From the NCBI GenBank assembly GCA_030390025.1, contig CM059431.1, forward strand, positions 130,760,001-130,824,000: DNA of 64,000 bases, written 5' to 3'. This document shows positions 51,026-63,756 of this stretch, piece after piece. Origin of the DNA: Squalus acanthias. Taxonomy: Eukaryota. Positions within the stretch are counted from its first letter, which is position 1, and each line of letters opens with the position of its first letter. The position numbers were made by a program, and so were the translations under genes. The notes beneath the pieces were generated by a model. That model had not been told where the DNA came from and made no database searches. It saw nothing but the letters and a program-made list of their open reading frames with translations.

Positions 51026-52770
51026 GGCTGGATTTTGCCAGCGCTCAGAGGGTGCATTCGGAGGCGGGTCAGCTGTCAAAATAGCAAAGATTGACAGCGG
51101 GTAGGAAACCCGTTGCCAACCCACCTCCACGTGAGTCTCCCAGGTGTCGGGTCTATCAGCGGAGAACTGACCCGACACCAAACGGCGGGGGAGACAATTT
51201 AGATAATTAAATGGCTTGTTAACAGCTAATTTAATGCTATTTTGAGCCTACCTTCTAATTTTATGTGCTCACCCACGGTTACCTGCTGCTCGGGGAACAT
51301 GACAGCTCACCCTGTCGTGAGTTGAGTCTGCTTTGATTTATCTGATTAACCTGACAGCTGCATAAGTGGTATAAAGGATACCATGTTGCAGCTGTTCAGT
51401 TTCAGAGCTCAGAAACTGTTGGTTACTGCATTTGTTAGATATATAGAGCTTTCTGTAGCTTGCAAGTGTTTAGCGTCAACTCTCTCTCCAGTGGCACCTC
51501 AATGGAACAACCTCTCTCACCATTGGCGGATTTGCTTATGTCATCTCTCCGTCACCTGACATCTATTACATCAGAATGGGTACGGTTTACACTCTCTCAC
51601 CTTGGTCCTCAGAATCTGACCACGATCAGCCCCAACACCAGCAGCACCAGGCACACCAGCAGCACCAACAACAGCACCAACCTTCTCCGCAATCAACTGA
51701 TGCTGCACAGGACAGAGGGCATCAGCACCCAACCACATTGCTGGCCGGGACGCCAGGGATGGCCTCACCATGGCCAGATTTACTTCACTTGACGCTATAT
51801 ATCCTGGCTGCCGCATGATGCACCAGCTTAGCACCACCCCACACCAACACCATAAAGCATCCCTACAATGCCCAAGCCATTCCTTTCACACTCATCACCA
51901 TTGCAGGGGGTACCGTTATGTCTCACCATTCATTGCAACTCACTAAGCCATTTCCGAAGGTGCACACAAATCTGTTCAAGAGTGCAAAGTGTTGAAAATA
52001 AAGATTTCAATGTTTGACAGCACATTAACAGATACTTTACATGAACATTGGCTTAAGCACACAAGTGCCTACCCTTGTGTGTTGTTAGTTGGTATGAATG
52101 GACGAGGATGAGGGTGAGTGTGAGGGGTGGCTAGTGAGATGGGGAAGTTGGTGTGAGTAAGGATATGCAGGAGTAGGGTAGGGAAGGCAGAGTGATGGGG
52201 ATGTGATGAGTGGCACAGCAGGATGAGGTTGAGTGTGGCTTTGCAGTAACTTTTCGTGGTCTACTGAGATCATTGAAACGTTTGCGCCACTGCAGCCTGG
52301 TCCTCCTTATGACATCCCTGCTTGTGTCCTCCTCAGCTATTTGCAGCCAGGCTGCCTTGGTCTCCTGGGGAGGGCTCTTCCGACCACTGGCAGGGAAGAG
52401 AACCTCCCTGCGTGCTCTGACTTCCTCCACAGGAACATAGAGGGAGTCATCACTGAATTGAGGTGCAGCCCTCTGCCTTTGTGAGCTCATTTTTGGAGTT
52501 GAACAAGCTATCTCAGCAATGGCCGTTTCAAATTCAGGAAGTGGAATGAGGTGGGGCAATGGGCCCTTTAAATAAACCACAAGAGAAGCGTCAGCACTGA
52601 CGTTACCTGACCCGCACTTTCTAATAGGGTTGGGGAACGTGACTGGCGGGCTTAACCAGGCCCATTAATGTAAAATCTTTTTTTGGGCGGGCTTCAGTAG
52701 GCAACAGGAACGTATCCTGACAACAACCTCTCCTGCCCTGAACCCACCTCGGCCAGCGAAATCGCGGCCC
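51026..52770. mobile_element. Complete internally deleted Harbinger family 2 element
   Basis: Termini GGCTGGATTTTGC / GCGAAATCGCGGCCC; TTG at both flanks; CR1 rejoins as TACTTTGTGTCTG; Myb/SANT ORF on minus 52131-52580; nuclease remnant on plus. Confidence 0.9.
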
Positions 52771-53615
52771 TTGTGTCTGTCTTCACGGAAGAAGACGCAA
52801 AGAACCTCCCGGAAATAGTGGAGAACCAAGGATCTAGCGAGAATGAGGAACTGAAAGAAATTAGTATTCGTTAAAAAAAAGTACTGGAGAAATTAATGGG
52901 ACTGAAAGCCGATAAATCCCCTGGACCTGATGGCCTACATCTAGGGTTTTGAAAGAGTTGGCTGCAGAGATAGTGGATGCATTGGTTGTCATTTTCCAAA
53001 ATTCCATAGATTCTAGAACGGTTCCCACGGATTGGAAGGTAGCAAATGTAACACCACTATTTAAGAAAGGAGGGAGAGAGAAAACGGGGAACTACAGACC
53101 AGTTAGCCTGACATCAGTAGTAGGGAAAATGCTAGAATCTATTATTAAGGACGTGGTAACAGGGCACTTAGAAAATAATAATAGGATTGGGCAGAGTCAA
53201 CACGGATTTATGAAAGGAAAATCGTGTTTGACAAATCTGCTAGAGTTTTTTGAGGTTGTAACTAACAGAATAGATAAGGGGGAACCAGTGGATGTGGTGT
53301 ATTTGGATTTTCAGAAGGTATTCAATAAGGTGCCACACAAGAGGTTATTAAACAAAATTAGAGCTCATGGGATTGAGGGTAATATACTAGCATGGATTGA
53401 GGATTGGTTAACGGACAGAAAACAGATAGTAGGAATAAACAGGTCATTTTCGGGTTGGCAGTCTGTAACTAGTGGTGTACCGTAAGGATCAGTGCTTGAG
53501 CCTCAGCTATTCACAATCTACATCAATGATTTGGATGAGGGACCAAATGTAATATATCCAAGTTTGCTGATGATGCAAAGCTAGGTGGGACAGTAAGGTG
53601 TGAGGAGAACACAAA

Positions 53616-54282
53616 GGGGGAAGAATTCGGTTGCTTTGCGCCTCCCGTTAGCACCGTAAGAGGGCGCTAACGGGGCACAAAGCAACTAGCGCCCAGGCGC
53701 GGCGCCGCCAACGCCTCCCACGAAATTCAGCAGGAAGGTAGCAGCGGTGGTAACCGTTAGCGCCACGGGTGCTGCGCCTGCCGGCGATGACATCATCACC
53801 ATGCGCAACGCCCCGCTCCAGCCCCGGCCGCGATCTTCGGTAGCGCCCCCGACTTACCACCGGACGCTGTGTCCGACGGGGTCAGGGGGGCCTACCTGCG
53901 GCCGGGGCGGCACTAATTAAAGGCGAGGTGCCGAGCGGCCATTTTTGTTGCTGGCCGCCTGCCAGCACCTACCTCCGTTGCCGTCCCTGGCCTCCTGAGC
54001 ACCCCCCACCCCCCGCGGAGTGCCGGCTGCGCTCCATGAGCCCGGCACTTCTCTTGAGTGCCGGGTTCTTTTGCCGGCACTCCGATCCTGGTGGCCCAGC
54101 TGGGCCCCGGGTCGCGCTGCGCAAGGCCCTTTAACAAGGGGAGGTAGGCCTGCAATACAGCAGCACGTAGCGCCGCGATATTCCCTTGCAGTGCCCCAAG
54201 AGGGAGGCGGGGCACTTCCAGTAGCGCCCCGCTTCCCTCTTGGGGCGCTACCGATGAATTTCCGCCACGGGGGCGCTAATTT
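53616..54282. mobile_element. GC-rich Harbinger MITE, left part; probable right end at 55113-55153
   Basis: Starts GGGGGAAGAATTCGG like the 32005 element; homologous to 59505-60153; inverse terminus CCAGTTTCACCCCC at 55140-55153. Confidence 0.85.
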
Positions 54283-55369
54283 TAAAAGTGGCAGATGGAG
54301 TATAATGTAGGGAAATGTGAGGTTATTCACTTTGGTAGGAAGCATAGAAAAACAGAATATTTTTTAAATGGTGAGAATCCTTTAAATGTTGGTGTTCAGA
54401 GAGATTTGAGTGTCCTCGTGCAAGATACACAGAAAGCTAGCATGCAGGTACAGCAAGCAATAAGGAAGGCAAATGGCATGTTGGCCTTTATTGCAAGGGG
54501 GTTGGAGTATAAGAGAAAGGAAAACTTGTTCCATTGTACAGGGCCTTGGTGAGACCACACCTGGAGTACTGTGCACAGTTTTGGTCTTCCTATCTAAGGA
54601 AGGATATACTTGCCTTGGAGCCGGTGCAACGAAGGTTCACTAGATTGATTCCTGGTGTGAGAGGGCTGTCCTATGATGAGAGATTGTGTAGAATGGGCCT
54701 ATACTCTCTGGAGTTTAGAAGAATGAGAGGTGATCTCATTGAAACAAGATTCTGAGGGGGATTGACAGGGTAGATGCTGAGAGGTTGTTTCCCCTGGCTG
54801 GAGTGTCTAGAACTAGGGGGCATAGTTTCAGGATAAGGGGTAGGCCATTTAAGACTGAGATGAGGAGGAATTTCTTCATTCAGAGGGTTGTGAATCTTTG
54901 GAATTCTCTGCCCCAGAGGGCTGTGGATGCTGAGTCTTTGAGTATATTCAAGACTGAGATAAATAGATTTTTGGACCTAAGGGAATCAAGGGATATGGAG
55001 ATCGGGCGGGAAAGTGGAGTTGAGGTGGATGATCAGCCATGATCTTATTGAATGGCGGAGCAGGCTCGAGGGGCTGTATGGCCTTCTTCTGCTCCTATTT
55101 CTTATGTTCTTATCGCCCGTTTTGAGCTATCGCCAAAGACCAGTTTCACCCCCAAGGTGTCTGTAGTATTCTTAAATTTGCTGATGACACAAAGCTCTGT
55201 TGATAGGGAATGAGTATAAAGGGAATTGATTATCTTGAGAGAGATATGTAGAGGACTGAGATTTGGCAGATTAATCTTAATATGGATAAATGTACTCTAC
55301 CACATGTATAGAAAGAGGTAAAAGCAGACATCTGATGAATAGCAGCCCCACTTTTGCACGACTAGCAAA

Positions 55370-56640
55370 ATCAGGGTTGGTTTGGGCTGTGGTGTCAGTG
55401 CACCTTCGCCGGCAACTCAGATGCTCGTCCCTCCCCCTAATTTGAATATGTGCCCAGGATGCTTTCTGTATAGCACATCTTGGTACCAGGTGATAACAAT
55501 TCTGTCACGGCAGCATCTCATAAGTTGCTGCAGCTTACCGTTAAAGAGGAAATTGTGGTGATAGCAGAAAAGCTGAGTAATTGTTCAGATTGGCACAAGG
55601 GAGACATGTGGACAAAACTGCTCCTTTTGATGCTAAAGAGTTGGAAGTCCTGGCATAGGAAGGGCACCAAAGGAGTTTGACCCTGTTTGAGGCTGAAAGT
55701 CACCTTCCAGGTGCAAGCTGCATTGAGTGAGATCAGCAACTGAATAAGTGCAGTCACTTGGCTTGTAGTTAACTATAAACAGAAAAGTTTGCTTGTATTA
55801 GGAGAAAGATTAAAGTATGTGGTGGGGCCCATCAAGCATGGCACAAACCGAAATTGTAACTGATGCACCCCTGGGGGTTACCATTTAAAGCATTGCACAA
55901 ACCATTTTTATGCACATTCCTTCATTGTTTCAAAGGTGGGTGGCATCCCTTTCTTACAGTTGGAGGTGGCTGCTGAGGAACAGCAAACAAGTGCTCAGTC
56001 TTCCAGGCCAAGGTGCTCCTCTGCTGTTGGGAACTTTTCAGTTGTGTGAGCAGACATTGTTGCAGATGTTAGCACTGATCCCCCAGTGTTTCATCTCCTT
56101 CAAATAGTGCTGATACCATGGACTGATGCACAATGAAGGCATCATGGTTGCTTTCTTGATGATGGCCAGTGACCTATTAATGATGTTTCTGTGGTCAGAT
56201 ACCATCTGAGCAATAATTGAACACAAACCCTGTCTGTTCATGTAGGTCATGGGGTTGAAATGAGGAGCCCTGATGCTGAAAATGGATTACATTTACTACA
56301 TCCTGTATTTGAAGGAACCCTGCCACCCAGTCAAAGATCTGTGCCCTGTCCACCTGATGCCCTTTTTCACCAGGGAAAGTTATTAAAATGTTTCCCCTTG
56401 CAATCCTAGCATTTGTCACATGCTTGATATATGTGTATACTGTAAGCTGCCTGATGTGGCAGCTGTCCCTTGCAGTCACTTGGAAGAATCTGTGTATTGT
56501 GTACAACTCTGTCAGCCATTCTTGTAAAGCAGAGGTAGTGAATACAGGCCTCTGACATATCTAAGTATGTGTGGAGAGGGACAAAAAAGCATACCTTGGA
56601 TAATGTCAGATGCAAACAAGATGTCTCAGGTATCACAGTA
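55370..56640 (-). pseudogene. Strongly decayed Harbinger transposase remnant
   Basis: AGFLQIQDVV, YMNRQGLCSIIAQMVSDH and an HDAFI-like segment near 56135-56150. Confidence 0.6.
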
Positions 56641-56696
56641 CCTGTATTTGTTTTCCCCTCATGAACTCATTTTTTCCTTCTAAATCATGTGACGCT

Positions 56697-57842
56697 ATAG
56701 AATCATAGAAGTTTATGGCACAGAAGGAGGCCATTCGGCCCATCATGTCTGTGCTGGCTGAAAAAGAGCTATCCAGCCTAATTCCGCTTTCCAGCTCTTG
56801 CTCCGTAGCCTTGTAGGTTACAGCAATTGTAGTGCACATCCAAGTACTTCTAAATATGATGAGAGTTGCTGCCTCTACCACCCTTTCAGGCAGTGAGTTC
56901 CAGACCCCCACCACCCTCTGGGTGAAAACATTTCTCCTCAACTCCCCTCTAATCCTTCTACCAATTACTTTAAATCTATGTCCCCTGGTTATTAACCTCT
57001 GCTAAGGGAAAGAGGTACTTCCTATCCACTCTATCTAGGCCCCTCATAATTTTATACACCTCAATTAAATCTTCCCTCAGCCTCCTCTGTTCCAACAAAA
57101 CTAACCCCAGCTTTCCTCATAGCTAAAATTCTCCAATCCTGGCAACATCCTCGTAAACCTCCTCTGTACTCTCTCTAGTGCAATCACATCTTTCCTGTAA
57201 TGTGGTGACCAGAACTGTACGCAGTACTCTAGCTGTGATCTAACTAGTGTTTTGTACAGTTCTAGCATAATCTCCCTGTTCTTATATTATATGCCTCGGC
57301 TAATAAAGGCAAGTATCCCATATGCCTTCTTAATCACCTTATTTACCTGTCCTGCTACCTTCAGGGATCAATGGACATGCATTCCAAGGTCCCTCTGTTC
57401 CTCTACACTTCTCAGTATCCTACCATTTATTGTGTATTCCCTTGCCTTGTTAGCACTCCCCAAATGCATTACCTCACACTTCTCCAGATTGAATTCCATT
57501 TGCCACTTTTCTGCCCACCTGACCAGTCCATCGATACCTTCCTGCAGTCTATAACTTTCTTCCTCAGTATCAACCACATGACCAATTTTTGTATCATTTG
57601 CAAACTTCTTAATCATGCCCCCTACATTGAAGTCTAAATCATTGATATAGACCACAAAAAGCAAGGGACCTAGTACTGAGCCCTGTGGAACCCCACTGGA
57701 AACAGCCTTCCAGTCACAAAAATGCCCGTTGTCCTTTACCCTTTGCTTCCTGGCACTGAGCCAATTTTGGATCCAACTTGCTACTTTCCCTTGGATCCCA
57801 TGGGCTTTTACTTTTCTGACCAGTCTGCCAGGTGGGACCTTG
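56697..57842 (-). mobile_element. 5'-truncated CR1 (same subfamily as 8047-9552)
   Basis: [27 protein letters not shown]; tail CTATGATTCTAT. Confidence 0.92.
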
Positions 57843-58030
57843 TGAATCCTCAAAGGAATTTCTATCCTCACTACTTTGAAAGGAAAGTATTGGCAGAAAA
57901 GTTGCAAACATGACAGACTTCCCAGCTAAACCAATGTGTTCTGCCTGTGTTAATGCATGGACAAGAATGTCGCAAAATATAATTGCAAGTTGGGGGAAAA
58001 AACATTTTTAACTGCAACACAAATAATAAT

Positions 58031-58794
58031 GGGCCAGAAATTCGGGTCTCCACGGGTGAGTACGCGCTGGGTACTCACCCGTAGACCCAACGAAAGTGCC
58101 GGTTTCGCGCATGCACTGTGCACGCGCTGGAAACCAGAACTTCCGTTCCCCTGAAGGAAGGGGTTCAGAGGTCGAACGCGTGCGCCGGAGAGCAGCATGC
58201 ACGCAGCGTACTTCGGTTTTTTTTTCATGCTTCTCCGTGAGGGTAAGTATGGAGAAGCTGCGCGGGCAAAAAGTAGGCGCAAGGCCTGCTTTTAACAAGG
58301 TAAGTGGTGAATTAAGTACAATTTAAACATTTTTTCAACAGGTTTATCTTTTTTACATACTTTAAAGAAAGGTAAGTTTATTTTTAGCACCGTTAAAAAG
58401 TGTAATTAATTTTTTCAAAAATTTAAATTTTTGTTTAAAGTAGTTAATTTATGTCATTTATAGTTATTTTAAAAATGTGATGTTTTTAAAAAATTTATTT
58501 GAAGTTTTAGTGAGGTTTTGGGGCCGATCTCGATTCATAGATTTGACAGGTCTTCCTGTCACAATCTATGAATGAAGATTCCCTGCTCCGATTGGCTCTC
58601 CATGGCCCACGTGATCCCAGGGGACGCTTCGAACTAACTGCGCCCCTGGGATACGCAAGCACTGCGTGCCGGCAGCTGCAGGAGGCCCAGGAGCCGAATT
58701 CCACGTGGGCCCGAAGCACAACGGCAGGCGCGGTATGTAAGTACGCGCGCGATTCTTGCACCCGCGGGAAGCCGGAGAGCCGAATTTCTGGCCC
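58031..58794. mobile_element. MITE, inverted homolog of 1107-1870
   Basis: Perfect 15-bp TIR GGGCCAGAAATTCGG / CCGAATTTCTGGCCC. Confidence 0.9.
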
Positions 58795-59504
58795 ATTTTA
58801 ATCTCTCTTTTAAGAAGCCCAAAAAACCAGCATCATTCTTGATGCATCTATATAATATAGGCAGAGCTTCACCCAAAGTAATGAAATTCAGTCTGAGACC
58901 TAATTTTACTGAATATTCTTTGTTAATGAAACTCGAGCTTGCCTGCAGACCAGCCTCATTCTGCACTCCCCCAAAATCACAGTGGCACAACACGCAGCCC
59001 ACAGCGAATTTACACCTGTGCTGCCATAAAGCCTATTAAAATTTACCTTAGGGTTTGTGTAGCATTATTATTAAATTTGCTGATAACACAAAGCTACACG
59101 GGCTGGTAATGAAAAAGGAAATTGATTTTAATATGGGTGAATGTAGGCTAATGCATATAGGAAGAGGTAACTGCACATGTGTGTGTATAATCTGAAAGAG
59201 CCCTACTTTAAAGTAGGACACTGCTATTGTGGAAATGTGAGTCAGCCACATCTGCTACTGTTAGTTCAGTAGTAACATGAGCGTAGAAATTGCTATTGAT
59301 GTGCTCTTCAGGGCAACTGTGGAGTTTCTGGGAGAATTTACTCTGGCTGATTTGCACATTATTTTCCTGTTTTCAGTTTGTGTCTAAAATTTTTCTCCCA
59401 TTCAGTGGCTCAGATGTTGAAAAGGGAGCAGCACAAATCTTTTTTGGCCACAGACAGCCAATACCATGTTTATCTCTTCTGGCACCATTTGCCTAAAAGA
59501 AATC

Positions 59505-60153
59505 GGGGGCTAAATTCGGTTGATTTGCGCAAATCAACTAGCGTCTGGGTGCGGCACCGCAAACGCCTCCCGCGAAATTCAGCGGGAGGTTAGCGGCGGC
59601 GCTAACCGTTAGCGCGGCGCTGCTCTGCTGCGATGACGTCATCGCCATGTGCAGCGCTCCGCTCGCGCCCCAGCTGTAATATTAAGTGGCACCCCCCGAC
59701 TTACGGCCGGACGCTATGTCCGCCGAGGTCAGGGGGGCCTACCTGCGGCCAGGGCGGCGCTAGTTAAAGGGGAGGTGGCGGGCGGCCATTTTTATTGCTG
59801 GCCGCCTGCCAGCACCTACCCCCGTTGCCGTCCCCGGCCCCCGTGAAGCCCCCCTGCGGGGTGCTGGCTGCTTTCCGTGAGTCCAGCACTCCTCTTAAGT
59901 GCCGGGCTCGTTTGCCAGCACTCCCGATCACTGGTGGCCCAGCTGGGCACTGGGACGCGCTGCGCCAGGTCCCTCCCCGTTAATAAGAGGGGCCTGCAGT
60001 ACCGCGGCGTGATGTGCCACATCTTCTGGCACTGCAGCACGTAGCGCCGCGATATTGGCTCGCAGCGCCCCAAGAGGGACGTGGGGCGCTTCCAGTAGTG
60101 TCCCTCCTCCCTCTCGAGTCACTACCTGGGAAAATCGACCGCGGGCCGCTAAT
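59505..60153. mobile_element. GC-rich Harbinger MITE lacking an evident right TIR
   Basis: Starts GGGGGCTAAATTCGG; colinear with 53616-54282. Confidence 0.8.
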
Positions 60154-60314
60154 GGTTTTGATGTAGCTCTTTTATTAAGTTAAGTAACAGTTGTTACTGT
60201 TATTGTGTTGTTCCTGTTTCTTCTCAATCAGAGCAGAATAGTGTTTGTTTATCATCTCTGTGCCTGGTTAAATCTAATTTATTTCCAAAATGAACTGACT
60301 CAGTCTCTTACGAT

Positions 60315-60560
60315 AGCAAAATACTGCGGATGCTGGAAATCCGAAATAACAACAGAAAACGCTGGAAAAACTCAGCAGGCCAGGCAGCATCCGTGGAGAG
60401 AGAAAGAGAGTTAACGTTTCAGGTCGATGACCTTTCATCAGAACTGGGAAGAGCCGGAAATCAAATAGATTTAAGGCCAGGGTAAAGCTGGGAAAAGGGG
60501 GAGGGGATAAAGGAACAAAGGGGGAGATGAAGAGACATTAAGAGATATGCAAGGCTAGAG
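60315..60560 (-). mobile_element. Penelope terminal (pLTR-like) fragment
   Basis: Homologous to 18722-18910. Confidence 0.8.
60409..60445 (-). ncRNA. Minimal type I hammerhead ribozyme motif
   Basis: AGUU-CUGAUGA-A-AGGUC(AUC)GACCU-GAAAC-GUU|AACU: intact core, stems I and II pair. Confidence 0.8.
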
Positions 60561-61359
60561 GTGGTGTTAATGTGACAGATTAAGGCTGAATGAAGTGCGA
60601 AATCCACTGGCAGAATGAAGGACAGCTGCAGCTGACTCAGTCTCTTTGTGGGTTCTCATTAGCAGTAGTTACCTCCAGTTCAGGCACCACAAGCTACTAG
60701 TATTAGAAGCTGTAATATTAGATTTCTTATATTTAGAAGCATTTTTTGCATTGGTTTATTGACTGATAATCCATATATTTCATTATCAATGCTACAAAGT
60801 TATGGGTTGTCTCATGGGTTGTGTTTTGAGCAAAATAAATAAACACTTGTCTTCCACAATGTCAAGCTAGCAATAACAATCCGATTCAAGCGATAATGTT
60901 TGCTTTATTGCAAAGGAAACTAGGGCAAAGTTTCAATAATCTGATTGATCAAAATCAGAACATTTTAAACAAACCTTGAACCAGATTACTCAACTTATAA
61001 TTTCCTCAATTGACAGGCAATTTGCCAAGTTTTGAGCCCATCAAACTGATAAAATTTCAATTATTTTGCATGTTTTGGACCTAAATTTGTGCTCATACTT
61101 ACTACTTTGTCATTCTGGTTGCCTAAGCTGACACTCGCATCCATATATTAATGTTTGCATCTCTGTGGTATCACACACATACAGCTATGGAGCTTGGTTC
61201 TTGTACAGGATTTTCAAAGATATATATACAATGCAACCAAGGGCAAACAGGATCATCTCTAAATTAATGTTAAGTAAAGCAGCATTAAATTTCACTCAAA
61301 TTATGGAACGAATGTAGACTTAGATTGTTGAATCAGTCTTCCAGAACAGTTTCCAACTT

Positions 61360-62880
61360 CATAGGATTACAAAGGATTACATAGGATATACGGCACAGAC
61401 ACAGGCCATTCAGCCCAGTCAGTCCATGCCGGCGTTTATGCTCCACTCGAGCCTCCTCCCAACTTTCCTCATCTAAATCTATCAGCATAACCCTCTATTC
61501 CCGTCTCCCTCATATGCTTATCTAGCCTCCCCTTAAATGCATCTATACTATTTGCCTCAACTACTCCCTGTGGTAGCGAGTTCCACATTCTCACCACCCT
61601 CTGGGTAAAGAAGTTTCTTCTGAATTCCTTATTTGATTTGCTGGTGACTATCTTATATTAATGGCCCCTAGTTAGTCTCTTCCCCACAAGTGGAAACACT
61701 CTCTCTGTATCTACTCTATCAAAACCTTTCATAATTTTAAAGACCTCTATTAGGTCATCACTCAGCCTTTTTTTCAAGAGAAACGAGACCCAGCCTGTTC
61801 ATCCTTTCCTGATAGCAGAAATGTGAGGGTATTCCTATCATCCTTGTAAATCTTCTCTGCACCCTCTCCAGTACCTCTATATCCTTTCTATAATATGGTG
61901 ACCAGAATTGTATGCAGTACTCCCAAGTGTGGTCTAACCAAGGTTCGATACAAGTTTAGCATAATTTCATGACTTTTCAATTCTATCCCTCTAGAAATAA
62001 ACCCTAGTGCTTGGTTTGCTTTTGTTATGGCCTTGGTAACCTGTGTCGCTACTTTCAGTGATTTGTGTATTTGTACTCTGAGATCCCTTTGTTCCTCTAC
62101 CCCACCCAGGCTCACCCCCTCCAAGTAATAGGTGACCTCCTTATTATTCCTACCAAAATGTAATAACTCACATTTATCTGTGTTGAAATTTATTTGCCAA
62201 TTATATGCCCATTCTACAAGTTTATTAATGTCCTCCTGTTATTTGTCCTCCTCAGTATTGACTATCCCTCCCAATTTGGTGTCATCCGCAAATTTAGAAA
62301 TTGTGTTTTTGATTCCAAAGTCTAAATCGTTAATATAAATTGTGAACAACAGTAGTCCCAGCACTGATCCTTGTGGAACACCACTACCCACCTGCCACTG
62401 TGAATAGCTACCCTTTACCCCTACTCTCTGCTTTCTGTCTTGAAGCCAGCTGCTACAATCTGTTACTTGTCCCCTGACTCCACATTCTCTGACCTTATTC
62501 ATTAGTCTATTATGTGGTACTTTAGTGAAGACCTTTTGAAAATCTAGATAAATTACATCTACCGCATTACCCTTGTCTACTCTATCTGTTACCGCTTCAA
62601 AAAATTCAATGAGGTTGGTCAAGCAAGACTTTCCCTTTTGAAATCCATGCTGACTATTCATTATTATATTTTTGGCTTCTAGATATTCTTCTATTTTCTC
62701 CTATAGTAGGAATTCCATTATTTTTTCTACCACCGATGTTAAGCTGACTGCTCTATAATTCCCTGGACATGTTCTATCTCCCTTCTTAAATATAGGTATT
62801 ATGTTAGCTATCCGCCAGGGACTGGCACTACACCTTTTTTTAGCGAATTATTAAATATGTGCAGTAATGCCTCTGCTATC
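61360..62880 (-). mobile_element. 5'-truncated CR1 with a (GTAATCCTAT)-type tail
   Basis: [28 protein letters not shown]. Confidence 0.9.
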
Positions 62881-63756
62881 TCTTTGTTTTGTTTATTAAA
62901 TCAGTTGCTTAGCTTGATGACTTAATTTGAAATTGTAGGGTAAATTTTTCACTCCTAAAGCAGAGCCTTGCTCACCCAGAAATCACAGGATATCACACAC
63001 AGCCCATGATTTCCATGGCTACCCATGTGTGATTCCCCGATATGCTTTGCTGTAGGTGTGGCCCTTACCAGATGCATGCAAATGTATGTACTCTCATACA
63101 TAATAAGAACATAAAAAGCATTGACTGAGAAAAGACCAAGGCCATTCTTTCCACAAACCATCTATCACCTGATTTAACAGGAATTCTGCTCAACCCATTT
63201 AACCTCCGAAGGAAAGGATCTGCAAAGTTGTTCTCTCCCTTTCAAAGATAAATTGAGCAAAACTGCTGGATACATATCTCATCTTGCATTACTTACCACT
63301 GGTTGTCTACTCTGGTGTGACATTTCCAAAGTCCCAGCAGTTCAAGAATCATCCTGTTCGACACTGCATTCAATCATCAATATATATACCAATCCTTACT
63401 ACATGCTGAGAACCACTTCTTATGTTCTCAGTTTTACCAATTGAACAACAAATGTTACCTGACCATGGTAAGCACACAGAAGGGGAACATTCCATTACAC
63501 AAGTATGTGGCACAACGTGTTCATGTCATTAAATTGAATATCAGAGAATCCAAACCAAAAATATCTATACCAACATTGAGATTTATAGATAAGGATAGAA
63601 AATCGACTTGGATTTTCACAATTTGCTCATATTTTATTCATGTGACAAATACTTACCAAATATAGATTTTTACATAAGTCCGAACAGAATTCAAGCACAA
63701 CAGAAAAGGATGATAATTACATCAAGATGGTGGCCACAGCTATAGCACACTATCAA

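Larger units (their letters stand above)
48010..55112 (+). mobile_element. Near full-length CR1 LINE with three nested DNA transposons
   Basis: ORF1 48365-49315 (VCRNC..VCSK, VVGD, HVGTN, DVLHLN esterase); APE ~49510-50818; RT 52771-53615 and 54283-55042; tail CTTATGTTCTTAT. 5' boundary approximate. Confidence 0.9.

Noticed and set aside
53616..54345. CpG island or GC-rich ORFs (also 32005-32901, 59505-60153)
   Set aside because: Explained by MITE copies of one related group; ORFs are not conserved between copies.
55160..55340. Short [11 protein letters not shown] patches (also ~59060-59200)
   Set aside because: Probably very old CR1 debris; too degraded to delimit.
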